From Gekko japonicus (lineage: Eukaryota), in contig NW_015169198.1 of assembly GCF_001447785.1 (NCBI RefSeq), forward strand, positions 359,130-417,243: a stretch of DNA of 58,114 nucleotides, written 5' to 3'. The notes under the pieces are model-generated. The model worked only from the letters and a program-made list of their open reading frames with translations, was not told where the DNA came from and did not search any database. Of this stretch, positions 23,958-37,191 are shown piece by piece (within the stretch, counting starts at the first letter, position 1; each line of letters begins with the position of its first letter). Both the position numbers and the translations under genes were made by a program.

Positions 23958-24472
23958 GGCTGCGGTCACACGAGCGGTTTGCCACAATATAGTAGCATTA
24001 CTTTTGTGGATTTAAAGAGCAGAATCAGACAGCAACATCTGCCTTCTATGCCCCAATTGTCAGCACCCCGTATTGCCCTGCTTTGGAAGCAGAGTAATCG
24101 GGTACCGGGGAAAGTCTGGTGTTTATGGATGCCAGCACTTCCACTCCACTTTCTCAGACATCTGAACTTTCCTACCACAAAAGGAACCTGGGACGGAAGT
24201 CTGAAAATTCATTTCTACCACTGTTTTTTTGGGGCAGTTGCTACCTATATGCGCATATGTGCATGAGCAGATATATGCATGCACCCGCCTGCATTAAAAT
24301 AAAAACTGCAGTAATGTTAAAAAGCTGCAGTAATGTTAAAACCTGACCACCAGACAAGCATGCAGGGAAACTGCCTCAGGGTGCTGTCTGGCTGGTCTGC
24401 CCCACAACACTTTAAACCAGTACAATTAGAGGTGCGTCCAGATCATAGCAAGCCTCCAGTGTGACCGCAGCC
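23958..24472. mobile_element. PIF/Harbinger-type MITE
   Basis: Perfect 14-bp TIR GGCTGCGGTCACAC. 3-bp TSD CAA. Confidence 0.88.
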
Positions 24473-25473
24473 CAAATATAATCAATGTTAAGTTAGCCTT
24501 CCTGTTTGCCACCTGCTTCTGGCCAATTCAAAATGTTTTTAACTTTTAAGCCACCTGGGTCTCTCATATCTAATGGATTCCCTCATTCTGCATCACTGAT
24601 AGGAATATTGTTTCTAAAACTGGTGCTGGTTTTGTATCAGTTCCAAACAAAATGCTATAAAAAGAAACAAGCAAGAACACAAAAGGTGCCAAAGAAAATG
24701 GGTGGGATGAAAAGGATTGTTCAACCATTCATGGGGGGCATATTCCTATACCCCTGCTGTTTTGTCTTGCATCAGATCAGAATGGTGATGATGGACATAA
24801 GTAGTGGTAGCTCCAAGGGTTAGATTGCATTGCATTGCATTAGTTTTTGGCTGTTTTTCACAGGCACTGTAATACTTTGTTCAATTCACTTTTGAGCTGA
24901 TTGGGCGCCTTGTTCCATGGATTCTAGTACGCTTTAATAGTACTTAATTTCCTCTGTTTTGTTAACATTAAAGAAAAGTATTTTATTGCTTGATGAAAAC
25001 TGTCTTGAACACTGAAGAAAGTGGAATTACATGGTTTAAATAAGTTAATGGGATGATGCCATATTATTTGGATTTGGCATTGCTCAAGTTTTGTTTGGTT
25101 AGAGAAGACCCTTGGTCTCTAATCCAGTTCTCTCCATTGATAGGCTAGGTTTCTCATTCATAAGAGAGGAAACCACAGCTATTCAGTTGTCAAGGCTGGC
25201 AACAGCTGGTAAATCTATGCTTATGTTGGATTGGTACCTGAACCTTTCTCTTTTCTTCCTGACAGCAGAATCTCCACACTTAAGATAGCCAATTTAGCAG
25301 ATAATCTGCAGACGCTAACATGTTTATCTCTGTGCTATGAAAAGTCTCACCTACTTTTACACTCACATGAAAAGCTGTGTTAAAGGTATTTTTTCCCTGA
25401 TTGATAGGCAACTCCACCTGTACCGCATTCTAAGCCTCTTTTAAAATGTGGGTAAATTTAGAAAGAATCTGGC

Positions 25474-25534
25474 NNNNNNNNNNNNNNNNNNNNNNNNNNN
25501 NNNNNNNNNNNNNNNNNNNNNNNNNNNNNNNNNN
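25474..25534. other. Assembly gap
   Basis: N run. Other gaps at 33977-34118, 42829-43116 and 57778-57917. Confidence 1.
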
Positions 25535-28500
25535 CACCCACACACCCTTTACTACATATGATCTTTTCATGCACTTCTTGAATTAGGTCTGCTTACTGCT
25601 AGATAGCAATTAGGATGTTTGTCACAGCAGTCACAGGTAGGATGAAAGGGTTTAATAACAGAGTGCCTTACACAGCAGTCTTTTATTTCCCAGTTACATA
25701 TAATTGTAACAATAACAAAAGTGTTTTTTTTAACTCCACAAAGCTAGTAACAGACCAACAAGGAGCCTGGGACAAACTAGATGTGATGTGGGATAGCTAT
25801 GATTAAGGCCTTGGGCTTGTTTTTAAGTTCAAAACAGATTTGCTGGTGGGGTGTGTGTAAAGACAGGCACATCAGCTTAGAGGAGTGGTGTTGAGGAATG
25901 GGAGAGAAATTCCCTTGTGTTGTTTTGCTAGTTCCTCTCCTAAAGTTGCCATTTGCTCCACTGGGGAAGCCACAAGGGTTCCTGGATTCCTCCCATGGAT
26001 CAAGTGAAGGGAATTTAGATCTGGAAACTGGCACAGGTGAAGAATTTATTGCCCCCTTTATGCAACACTGCTTCTGTAGTCTCAGTTTGCCATCCACTAT
26101 TTTCCTGTGGCTGATCTGAACTTTATTTACAGGGAGTGGATAACAGATCACCCAACACATGTCACCTTAAGTCCAAAGGTGGCTCCATTATGTTACAGGT
26201 TTCATCATCATGTGCAGACGTTAATAAATAATGCTTATTCCCATGCTGTGAAAAACATCACCTACTGGTTCCTACAAATCAACATACTGCTGACGGCACC
26301 AGACACTGAAATCCAAACTATGGGAAACCCTAACTGAATCCATGTCCCTCTTTCCTTTCTTGTGAGACAAAATAGTATTTTGGTAAGCATGCTGAAACTC
26401 CTCACCTTCTCCAGATTTCCTTTATATACAGAAAAGTGGACGAGCAGCACTGCAGCACTTAGGTTAACGAACATGTAACCAGAGTCACAGGTCATTGCCC
26501 ATCTTATATACAGTTTGTCAGTGATGACAAATAAACTAATAGGTTTGAATCAGGAGTTAGTGAACCATATCTTCCAGACTCCTTGTCTAAGATCTGATGT
26601 GCTTTCATCTAGCACTAACTGTATTGCTATCAGGGCTGGACTTGAGGACAGACGTCCAAGGTCCCAGCTCACAGATTAAACAGGGTCCCTACAAAAGTGG
26701 GTTCTGTTCTGTGTGAGTATACATACAATCACATTATACCATGTGTGTTCATCTGTGGAGGTGATGTTATGAGGCTTGCTGAATACTCAATCTGTGCTTC
26801 ACATCTGAAGTACACATACCCATTTAAAAAGCAGCCCCAATGAGACACTGAAGTCTAGGATCTAAAAACTGAGGTGCAGAAGAAAAAAATGGCCTCAACA
26901 TAGTGATGCTCTAGGAATTTCCTGTATATAGACCGGGCAGCCTACAGCATCACCCAGAAGTGATATCACATCCTCCTCAGACTCTACCCTACTCTGGTAC
27001 TGCCCCCTCAAATCTCCGACTCCCAGCATCAGCCAAGGCAGTGTTAGGAACCCTTAGTGGCATGGGTTGCAAGTGTCGGGGCAAATGCTTCTTGGAACTC
27101 ATATCTCCTTTTGTTTTCTTTAACGAAAGTCACTATGGTGTCACTCATTCATGTAACTTTTTATGTTTTCCCACATGTAGGGCTTTAAAAGAAAAAGAAA
27201 ATAACCTTGCCATGTCTCTTAGTTTTAGAATTTTAATCTGGCAACCTCAGGTACAAACATATTTGCTGTAAATAGATCCACTGAATTCTATGTTTTACGA
27301 TGCATCACTGTTATGCTTTAGTTGTTCATAAAGAGAGCAATCTTAAGCAGGTCTGCTCATTAGCAAGTCCCATGTTAATCAATTTATTCTCAGGAAAGCG
27401 TCCTTAAGACTACAGCCAAAATCATTCATCTTAACAGAATGCGTTTTAAAGTTTTGCACTATAACATTTAAAGCAACTGTTGAATAAAACTGAATGCTAT
27501 CAGATTTGTATCACCATAACGTTAATTAGCATGTTTTGTCCCACTGGAATGCCACAATCTAAAACAAAAATGCTGGTGTCCTGAGATACATTCCTACAAA
27601 TCCACTTCCTAAATTTAAAGCAAGGTAACATATTTTTCCTAGAGTAATTAAAAAAGAAGAAGAAGAAGACAGTTTTCCATAGGACACTGCGCTGTTCACC
27701 ATCTGTTCATTCAGTAGATGCCAGCATTCTTAATTTATGAATGCTGATCTCTAGTAATTAAAGCAGAACTGCAAATCTAAAACTTCATCTTATGGTTATC
27801 AAATTCACAGCTATCAAATAACTATATATGGTACTCTTGCTTTAAAAGAAGTTCCAACTGAAGTCCAAAATAGAAAAAAAGACGTATATTTTCAAGAATT
27901 TAATCTTTTGATTTAAGATTGTCATGGCATTTGACATTTTCTCAGTGAGTTCAGACATGCATAATAACGAGGATGCAGGGCCTGAGGTAGTAAAATGGAC
28001 TGTACCACCTCTGAAGGCACTGCTAGTGAGGGATTCCAGATACATATCCAGTCCATGGTATACATCCAGTCCTTAGGGCTCTGCCTGCTTGTTGTTATCT
28101 CACTTTCCTGTATGTGATAACCAGTTTTATTAAACGGAATAATTCTCCACAACAAAGGCTTATGTTGGACTAGCTGGGATCTTTGAGGAATTCTTGGGAG
28201 GGGAACAGTTTGGAATTTATCGACAATCGCCCCCTCCCAAAGATCTGAATAGATCAGTTTCTTTTCCCTCTTCTTCCTGTTTTGCCTTAACTAACTCTGT
28301 AATCACACACACTAATCCACGTTCAGTGAACTTTCTAACTGAATTTTACTGTATGAACTGGTCTCAGTCTCAGCTGCTCTCAACATTGTCCAACATGCCA
28401 CACTGGCATGACTTCATGGATGATCCTTTACTCACAAACAGTTAGAAGCATTGCATGAAGAATAAAAGTGGCTGCAATGTAGGTATGTACATGCCCCATG

Positions 28501-29582
28501 ATTCTGGGATACAACGTGGTTTGTATTAGATTATAGAAATATTCATAACCTCTGCTCACATTTCAATCTCAGTCTCAAATAGTTTTTGTGTATGACTTTA
28601 TTTTTTCCATTATTGCAGAGAAGGGACTGTTAATATGTTAATGAAAGCATTGCTTGTAATTTTCAAATAGTATTGAAGGAGATGGCCAAGTGGCCATGAA
28701 AAATTAAATTTATGCAAGCAATGAAATTTCATCTATGTTGCTTTTAAAACATATGAGAATCTTTGCCTAGTGCATGGCTGCAAAGAATCCACCTGTATTT
28801 CAATTAGCCTCCTGCTAATTCATCTGTGATATACCTAATTTATTCATTTACAGTGATTAAACCTTCAGCAGGTACTTTCTCAAAGTCGACATTCACGCCC
28901 TCTGGTACAGCATCTGTAATACTCAGAGCGCTCTTATTTGCTTAGAGTACCACATTCATTGTGGAGTGGCAAGTGCTGAGGCTTTAATATGGATTCCAAG
29001 TATGCTCTCCATGTTCACACAGCAACTAAGAGCTCAATCAGACAGGTGGTGATAGGTGTTTAGCATGCATTCCTCAATCTAAATGTTAGAAAGCATGGAC
29101 AATAAAGTGTCTCTCCCTCCCAGTGTCAGATTTAAAATGGCTTAGCATATCCAAATGGCAGACTACTACTCAAAAATGAAGAAAGCTGACAAAACAAAGA
29201 GAACAAAGAAAAAGAATTAATAATTTCAGCCATGCCACATTTGCAAGGCAACTGCAAGCAGTGTTCCCTCTAAGCTGAGTTAGTGTGAGCTAGCTGACAG
29301 TTTTTTAGCTTCCAGCTCACATATATAAAAATTGCAGAAAAATAAGGAAAATACGGTTTAAAGGGGAGGAAAGTAGGCATTAGGAGACTGACTTAAATTA
29401 CTCTCCATGTGATCTCTCCATGTGATCCAGTCAATGCCCTGCATACACACTACCAGCATGCTGATGAGGGACAGAAATTAGTAGTAGAAGAATCCAATGC
29501 ATGAAACTCAGAGCATGGGAGGAAGAGAAAAGGATGAAGCAAGAGATGAATCACACCCCGAGACTGATCATACACCTACAAT

Positions 29583-29930
29583 TTGTTTTTGTTTTTTTTA
29601 AATTAGTTTTATTATTTTTAACAAACTTACAAACACAGAGACAAACAAACATACATGAGAGTATTAGTAGCTGTATCATATCTCTTAAATCACCTCGTGT
29701 ATATATGTCTATATGCCAGTTTCACCCAAATAGTCAACACTGTTTTTACAAATCTATGTCTAGCTTTTTAATAATCCTATTCTATGAGTCTATATCCTAT
29801 GAATATATCTTAAAGTTACATAATCAGATCATCTATTATTTGCATTTCTATTAACAATCAAAGACAATCTCTCTCCTGTTTAAGCATTCTACAATAATCT
29901 TCTATAAGCTAACTTTAACTATTACCCAGC
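29583..29930 (-). mobile_element. L1-like 3' UTR fragment
   Basis: T-rich (poly-A on minus strand) end followed by AT-rich L1-type 3' sequence. Confidence 0.5.
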
Positions 29931-30874
29931 TGAGCTCTGAAAAGGAGCAGGAGCAGGAGACAGAGCTGCTAGAAGGGTGAGTGTTTTTTACTTGCTTTCA
30001 GCTGAGGGGATTTAGCTGAGGGTATTGTGTGCATTACAATCATCTTAGCCCATGGCAGGTTCTACTATACATTACAGCTGTTATGATTATTGAAAATCTT
30101 CTTTGATAATTGTGAGACGTCACCAGAGGATATGAACTATTGAGAGACAGTTTTTGTCCCACATCTTTGTTCAGAAGAAGATCTTCCTTCGAAATGGCAA
30201 GACATTCCGGAGATCACCGTCAATATATTTTTCTATGATTATGTATATTATTTTTACTTTTCTATGATTCTTTAAAGACATATATTAAGCGTCACTTTGC
30301 ACAGTTTTTCTTGTTCTCCGTATTATCTCATTACTGTGCCAATCAATTGTTATTATACCTGGGTTATGAGCTAACCACACAAACAGCCCGTCCCCATTTC
30401 TTATTTATTTCCTGTCTAGCATCAGCAACAGTTGCAGAGAGGTACTCCCAGCAATGTAGTTTGCATATGGAACCCAAATATTTTGTCATTTGGGCCTTGA
30501 GAAACTACATCTCCCAAGATTCAAGAGAATGGTGTTATTTCTTCCTAATGTTGCTGACATTGCTACGCTAAATCTGATAGGGTGGAAACCAGATAAAGTG
30601 GCCATACAGGATATAGGATCTATTTGGGGAAATTGAGTTGCTTGTGGGGTATTGAGAGATGCATTTGAACCTCATTGCAGGAGCATGATGCAGGTCTGGA
30701 CTAGGTTCTGAATAAACCAAATTATTTTCTTCTTTTTAGCAAAATAACCAAACTTTCCTGGGACCAATTCCAAGGTTACCAGCCGTGAAAATTCCAGGAG
30801 ATTTCCCGCATATTTGGGGACAGTGCTTGAGGAGGGTGGACTTTGGGGAAGGGAGGGAGCTCAGTGGGGATGTG

Positions 30875-31745
30875 GACTGGCTAAAACAGAGCCGACTGAG
30901 ACTAAATCCTTCTAAGATGGAGGTTCTGTGGCTGTGGTGGGGAGATTCCAGTTTGGGGTGCAAACTCCCAGCTCTTGATGGTTTGCCCTTGAGACCGGCA
31001 CCCACTGTCAGGAGTCTGGGTGTGATCCTGCATACCTCCTTAACAATGGAGACCAAGGTCCCTAATGTTGCCAGACTGGCATTTTTTCAACTGCGCCAGA
31101 TCAGGCAATTGGACCCCATCTGTCTCGCCCTGATCTAGCCGCTGTAATCCATGCAACAGTCACCTCCAGATTGGATGACTGTAACTTGCTCCATCCAGTG
31201 CTGCATGAACTGCATTGGCTCCCAGTGGAGTACTGGATCAGATTCAAGGTCTTGGTATTGACCTTTAAGGCCCTTAATGGTCAGGGCCCTACATACTTTT
31301 GGGACTACTTCTCCTAGTATACCCCCTAGAAGAACATTACACATGACAGACCAGAACTTATTGGTGGTCCCTAGGCTGAGAGATGTCCAGCTGTCCTTGA
31401 CCAGAGCCAGGGCAGTCTCTGTCCTGGCTCCAACCTGGTGGAACTCTCTGCTGAACAACATCCATGCCCTGTGGGATGTGTTATGGTTCCACAGGGTGTG
31501 CAAGGCAGAGAAGATCAGTTGAGGACAGCAACGGTCCCATCTTGGCACTCCCACCTCACTTCCCTTTCCCCATGACATAGCGGCACTGCTGGGGTTTTAG
31601 TGCCATCTTTAGCTAGAGATCGCAGTGTTTTTATTGTTTTATTTGGTTTTAATCTGTTTTACTTGATATTTTATGTGATCATGTACACCATCCTGAGCCT
31701 GGTTTCACCGGGTAGGGTGGTTGATAGATTCAATAAATAAATATT
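30875..31745 (+). mobile_element. L2-clade LINE 3' portion (preceded by a MITE fragment at 30771-30870)
   Basis: WLKQSRLRLNPSKMEVL, VRSLGVIL, AFFQLRQIRQL, LHWLPV and APTWWNSL motifs. AATAAAT tail. Confidence 0.88.
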
Positions 31746-32699
31746 ATGCCCTGGGGTATTGCATTCTGTTATGTCATGTCCAGAACAAAGGCAAGGCCCT
31801 CCAAGTCCTCACCTTCCTATGAAATCACTTTCACCAAAATTCAAATTTTGAATTTAAATTTTCTGCTTTGCATCACTTCTATCTGCCTTTCCCCTCCCAC
31901 CTTACATAACTTGTTGGCTTCTTTATGTGCATGTGACCTGTATCTCATACTATAATATAAATTATTTGTGCTGCTATAACTTGCTGCTATATAGTTATGT
32001 TCCAATCAACTTTTTTAAATACAAAAAACCAAAAACCTTACCCTCTCAAAATCATCTTCAAGCTTTTCTCAGTGTTAAGGAGAAAAATCTTCTCTAAATG
32101 AGGAATAAGACAGAGGAGTAGTGCAATCTGTGGGGACAGAGGTGTTCAGTCTTCCAGATGTGAGGCCTAAATAGCAGGTAGGAGCGAAATGCCTTCTCTC
32201 TCTGTAGTACAGTGTGGGTTACAAAATAAAAGGAGATAGGTCAAGATGGGGAGTAAAAATATACCCCTCCTAGTCTGCCTAGACATTAGATTAGAAAAGG
32301 AGGGATCCAGAGTGCTGGGAGCATCTGTTGAAGTTCAGTTGGTAGCCAGGATCAAACTCCAATCACTGTCTCTAAAGCCAGGCTTCTTATACTGTGTTTG
32401 TCCCATAGGATTAAAACAAAATTATGAGAGTTGGACAATTTATTAGGAGAAAATTATACAGCTGATTCAGTGGCACCAGGGAAGGGCAACAGAGAGTAAA
32501 GTTTTTAATGGAATTATAATTCAGGATTACAAAATTAGAGACATGAAGCTGAGTCATATATTCAGCAGAAACTTTGGAGTCAATGGGAACATTTGAGTCA
32601 GAGATTCCAGGTTGTAACAGGGAACTTAATGTCTGAATTGTGTTAATGATCAGTGAAGGAGCACGGGAAGAGGTGTCTTTGTCTTCTAGCCTGGCATGG

Positions 32700-33410
32700 A
32701 TTAATTAATTAATTATATTAAATTTTTATCCTGCTCTCCTTCGCAAGCGGGCACAGGGCAGTTCACAACAAGAATCCAGCAAGATGAATTAAAAAAAACA
32801 AACAGTTAACAATAATCTAGTTTAAAACCCCAGTAATATAATCAAAAAATGGCAAACCAAATTTACAGGCTTCCAGGGGATCCTATATGTGTACCTAGAT
32901 AGATCCAGTGCGTGGGCAGATGGGAGCCCCATAGAAGATGGAATAAAGCAGATGAGATAGGACAGGGGAGGCCATCAGAGCTGGACACCCATTGCCTCAA
33001 CCCAAGGCCTGGTGGAATAACTCTGTTTTGCAGGCCCTGAAGAATTGTAATAAGTCCTGCGGAGCCCTGATTTCATTTGGTAGAGCGTTCCACCAGGCTG
33101 AGGCCAGAGCCGAAAAAGCCCTGGCCCTGGTTGAGGATAAACAGATGTCTTTGGGGCCAGGGACAGGGTTGCCAGCTCTGGGTTGAAAAATACCTGGAGA
33201 ACTTAGGGGTGGATCCAGGAGAGGGCAGGTTTTGGGAAGGGGAGGGACTGCAGTATGGTACATTGCCATAGAGTCCACCCTTCAAATCAGCCATTTTCTC
33301 CAGGGGACCTGGTCGCTGTCAGCTGGAGACAAGTTGTAAAAGCCGGAGATATCCAGGCCCCACCTGGAGGTGGGCAACCCTAGCCAGGGACCACCAGAAG
33401 ATGCTGTTTA
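32700..33410 (-). mobile_element. L2 3' end fragment
   Basis: RARAFSALASAWWNALPNEIRA...KTELF frame and an L2-type tail. Confidence 0.82.
33164..33382. mobile_element. hAT MITE (AGGGTTGCC family) inside L2
   Basis: TIRs and perfect 8-bp TSD GCCAGGGA. Confidence 0.9.
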
Positions 33411-36400
33411 GAAGAGTGCAAAGATTGCCAAGGGACAGAGTCAGTCCTGCAGATATGATGGTCCCTTTTACTTTTGTCCTTTTGGCACTCCCTGATTTCT
33501 CCCTAAAAAGCTTTCTTGGAAGCATTTGCTGTGGTCGTAGCTGCAAGACTGTCTGCTGTGTTCATGGCTGCAAAATCAGTTGTGAGACACAAAACATAAC
33601 AATGGTTCCCCATGTTCTGTGCATGTGGGACTTGGTCATGGTATTATATGTGCAGTATATACATTCAGACTGGAGGGAGCTGTCAACAAAGTCTCAAGAC
33701 TGGATAAAACTCACAAAATATTTCTTACTGTTATAAAAAAGAAAAATGCTATACTGCTTTATTCCTATAGCTCCAGAATAAATAAAGACACACTTTGTGA
33801 ATGATTATCTGCACAAGACCTCAGGTTTTCCTATCATAAACTCATAATCTTAAAGCCTATCCTTACAACCCATCCATTAAACTATGAACCGACCTATCAT
33901 CCCTGCTGTACAGTGGATGACAAAGGGATGTCTGAATCCTTAATGGATAACCTGACAATTCCATGTGTATAAAAAGNNNNNNNNNNNNNNNNNNNNNNNN
34001 NNNNNNNNNNNNNNNNNNNNNNNNNNNNNNNNNNNNNNNNNNNNNNNNNNNNNNNNNNNNNNNNNNNNNNNNNNNNNNNNNNNNNNNNNNNNNNNNNNNN
34101 NNNNNNNNNNNNNNNNNNTGTGCTTGCAGCTTGTACATGAAGTTCCAGGCTAATGCAATTTGAATGTGTTAGAATTATTATAATGTCCCAGCAAAGGAGG
34201 TTACTACAATGCAAAAAATGAGTACATCTAACTATAGATGTGTCTGGGCCATGCCATAATAACAGTGGCAGTGATGAAAGAAAGTTCCATGGAACAGCTG
34301 AGTGGTTACACTGCATTTGGATGTAATTACAAAACAGCTGTGAAGGGAAAAAAATCAATTGTTCCTGGTAGTCAATGGCTAATTTGCTACAGTCAGAATA
34401 AAGAATGCGATATGAGATGTTTTAAATGAGGAAGTAATTGTTGCTCTTCTGTTTATTGTTTTAATACCACTTCATCTATTTGCATGAGCTGCTACTTTTT
34501 ACTGTTTCTCAGTCTCTTTCAGTGTAAATACACAGGCAGCTCGATTCTATGGTCATGTTGTGCTGGCAGCTGCTATATCAGCATTACATAGGTGAAACAT
34601 AGTTGTGATCTTGTACACTAAGAATAAGTTCAGATCATAATTTGATTGCAAATTTGAGCAGAACTCTCAAACACTCAAAAAGCTTTTCACAGCAAGTGCC
34701 TGAAATTGTTTATTTGTATTGCAAATATTTTGTACATTCTCATCCTGTTTTCCCTGTTGTGGTCCCTGTCCATCTTTGACCAAAAACATTCTGATATTAA
34801 TGATTCCTGCTTGAGTTGTTTCCCTGTTCTACTCTTACCCATTCTGCCTGGCCGACTCAATGTTTGTTAGGTTCACATTGCAAATACTTGGTGGATATGA
34901 ATTCTTGCACTGCTTTGCCCTGGCTATTCTCTTCCTTCTGCCTCCATTTGCCCAGTTCTCTGAACAGGAAAAAAGGTATGTTCAAAAGACATCTTTCTTT
35001 GGTTATCTGGATCCAGTTAAGGTTGAGGAAGCTGATGAGTGGCTTGTTTTTCTAGTATTCCAGTCTTGTTGATTTTGCATGATTGATTACCAGTGTCGAT
35101 ATTAACTGAATGTTCTAAATTGTATTGCAAATGTTTCCTACCCTCATGCACTGCCAACTGGGAACTGTCATTCATTCCAGTCAGTTCTGAGCACTCACTA
35201 ACATGATAAATATCACTGCCTGATGAATTCTGCCAAAGGTGTTGGCAGAAAGGGAGTCCATATACTGACAATATAGTTGTTTTTAAATGGTGCCTATGAT
35301 GACCCTGGGGCATACATAATCCAAACAAGGCAGCAATTTGTGACTGTGTGTCAATACCAGACTCTGGCCATCCACAATGCCGAATGCTGCCAACTGGGCA
35401 GATGCAAAAGTACTCAAAATGATGTTCGCTTTGAATTGGAAAAAAAATATCAGTGGGATCATATAGAGCCAAATTTGACAGAGAAGGGCACTGAGAACAT
35501 GTCTGGTCCAACTTTTGTATGCCTCATTCACAAAACCCTCGGCAGCAAGCAGTGAAGCAAAATTATACAAGCAGAGAAGTAATGGAGCAGTACTGACAGC
35601 CATGTCCATAGCACCCACATCTCTGCCAAGCTCCCCCCATGTTGTATGCTAATAATACTCACATATCACTAGTACAGGGAATATGCCACTCAACAGATGG
35701 CAATGGTGGAAGACCTCAGTGACATCCTGAAGCCCAGAACACCCAGCCATACAACACACATCCAGACAGTGAGGGAGAGACCACAGCACTATGGACATTG
35801 AGAAGGCTGAAAGCTATAGGTTGCCCCAAGGAATAATACAACCCAGCAAACACAGAACAGCCCATGCAGCATACGAGGGGGTTGCTCCCAGAAAATTTCA
35901 GTACAGTTTCAGATCAGGGCTTCATGGAAGGGAATTTTATGGTAATTGCTTCATTTAAAATAAGCTGTTGCCAATTTGTGTTAGAAATCAGTGTAGTTAT
36001 TTCACATTCTGGTTTTTTGGGACCATTTTCTGAAGATGCACATTGCAGACATCATTGTTTTTGATGCACAGAGAATTGGAGGGTTTGGCAGGCAGCGGTC
36101 ATTAAACATAATTATATCAAATTCACATAGATCACACCTCATTGTCCTCTCAAGACACCCCCCCCCCAATTTCAAGAACATGTCAAAATGGGGCTCCATT
36201 TTTCTGTACCCCTCAAATGTAGCTCATTTCTGAGCACACACACAGCAGACATTGTTCTTTTCAATGCACAGACAATTTGAGGGTCTCTGGGGCAGAAGTC
36301 ATTGGAAATAAGGCCTTATTGGCAAAGGTGGTTGGTTGGAAAAGCTCTGTGATTCTCCCTTGCCGGGATCAGATTGGAAGGAAGGATGCCATTGCTTGGG

Positions 36401-36759
36401 AAATGGGCAAAATCATTCTGCAGCTTGTTTGCAAAGGTGATTGCCTGGGAGTTCTGGACCCTTCCCAGGATCTGACTTATTTATTTATTTATTTATTTCC
36501 ATTTCTATCCCGCCCTCCCTGCATGCAGGCTCCCTGCACTTGAAGGAAGGATGCCATTGCCCAGGAAAACAAACTGAATCAAAGAAAAATATGGCAAGTG
36601 CATGCACATTCTCTTGCTGGCTTGGTAAGCACCTGAACTCAAAACAGGACAGAGTTTCAGGAAGGGTAGTTTTGTTTCACTGAGAAGCCCAGATTCCTAA
36701 TACCATTCTGGGAAACCAAAGTACTGACCCTAAGCAGCAATTTGCATGTGTATTTTGAT

Positions 36760-37191
36760 CAGGGCTATTTTTGGGCAGGAACGCACAGGAACGGAGTTCC
36801 GGATGGCTCCCAATTTGGCCACGCCCAGCAAGAACTCATTAGCATAATAGGCCACACCCAACAACAGAAATTCATTAGGATTGTCTACATTAGGGATGTG
36901 TGGCCTAACATGCAAAGGAGTTCCTGCTACAAAAAAAGGCCCTGGGTTTTGACAACAAACAAGGTAAACAGAATAACAAGCAAAAGGTGGGTGTGGCTGG
37001 ATAACCACACTTCTGGTAACATGGGAGTGCGGCCTAATGTGCTAATGAGCTGTGTTGGCAGGGTGTGGACTAATATGCTAATGAGTTTCTGGTGTTGGGT
37101 GTGGCCTATTATGCTAATGAGTTTCTGGCATTGGGTGTGGCCTATTATGCTAATGAGTTCCTGCTGGGCTTTTTCTACAAAAAGAGCCCTG
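36760..37191. mobile_element. hAT-like non-autonomous element with internal minisatellite
   Basis: Ends CAGGGCTATTTTTG / CAAAAGAGCCCTG, with an extra internal end near 36944. About 33-bp units GGGTGTGGCCTATTATGCTAATGAGTT in both orientations. Confidence 0.7.

Noticed and set aside
33863-34358. ORFs spanning N runs (also 42773-43147 and 57685-58058)
   Set aside because: Artefacts of translating through assembly gaps.
35220-35252. CTGATGA followed by hairpin TTCTGCCAA/TTGGCAGAA and GAAA as a hammerhead
   Set aside because: Stem II is out of register with the core and there is no stem I/III with an NUH site. Other CTGATGA sites (29461, 46378, 48020, 49114) also fail.
35017-35880. Coding-looking tract with ORFs on both strands
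   Set aside because: No frame gives a recognisable protein. It may be an old retroelement, but I cannot support that.
36985-37170. CRISPR-like repeat array
   Set aside because: Contiguous minisatellite without unique spacers, in eukaryotic context.
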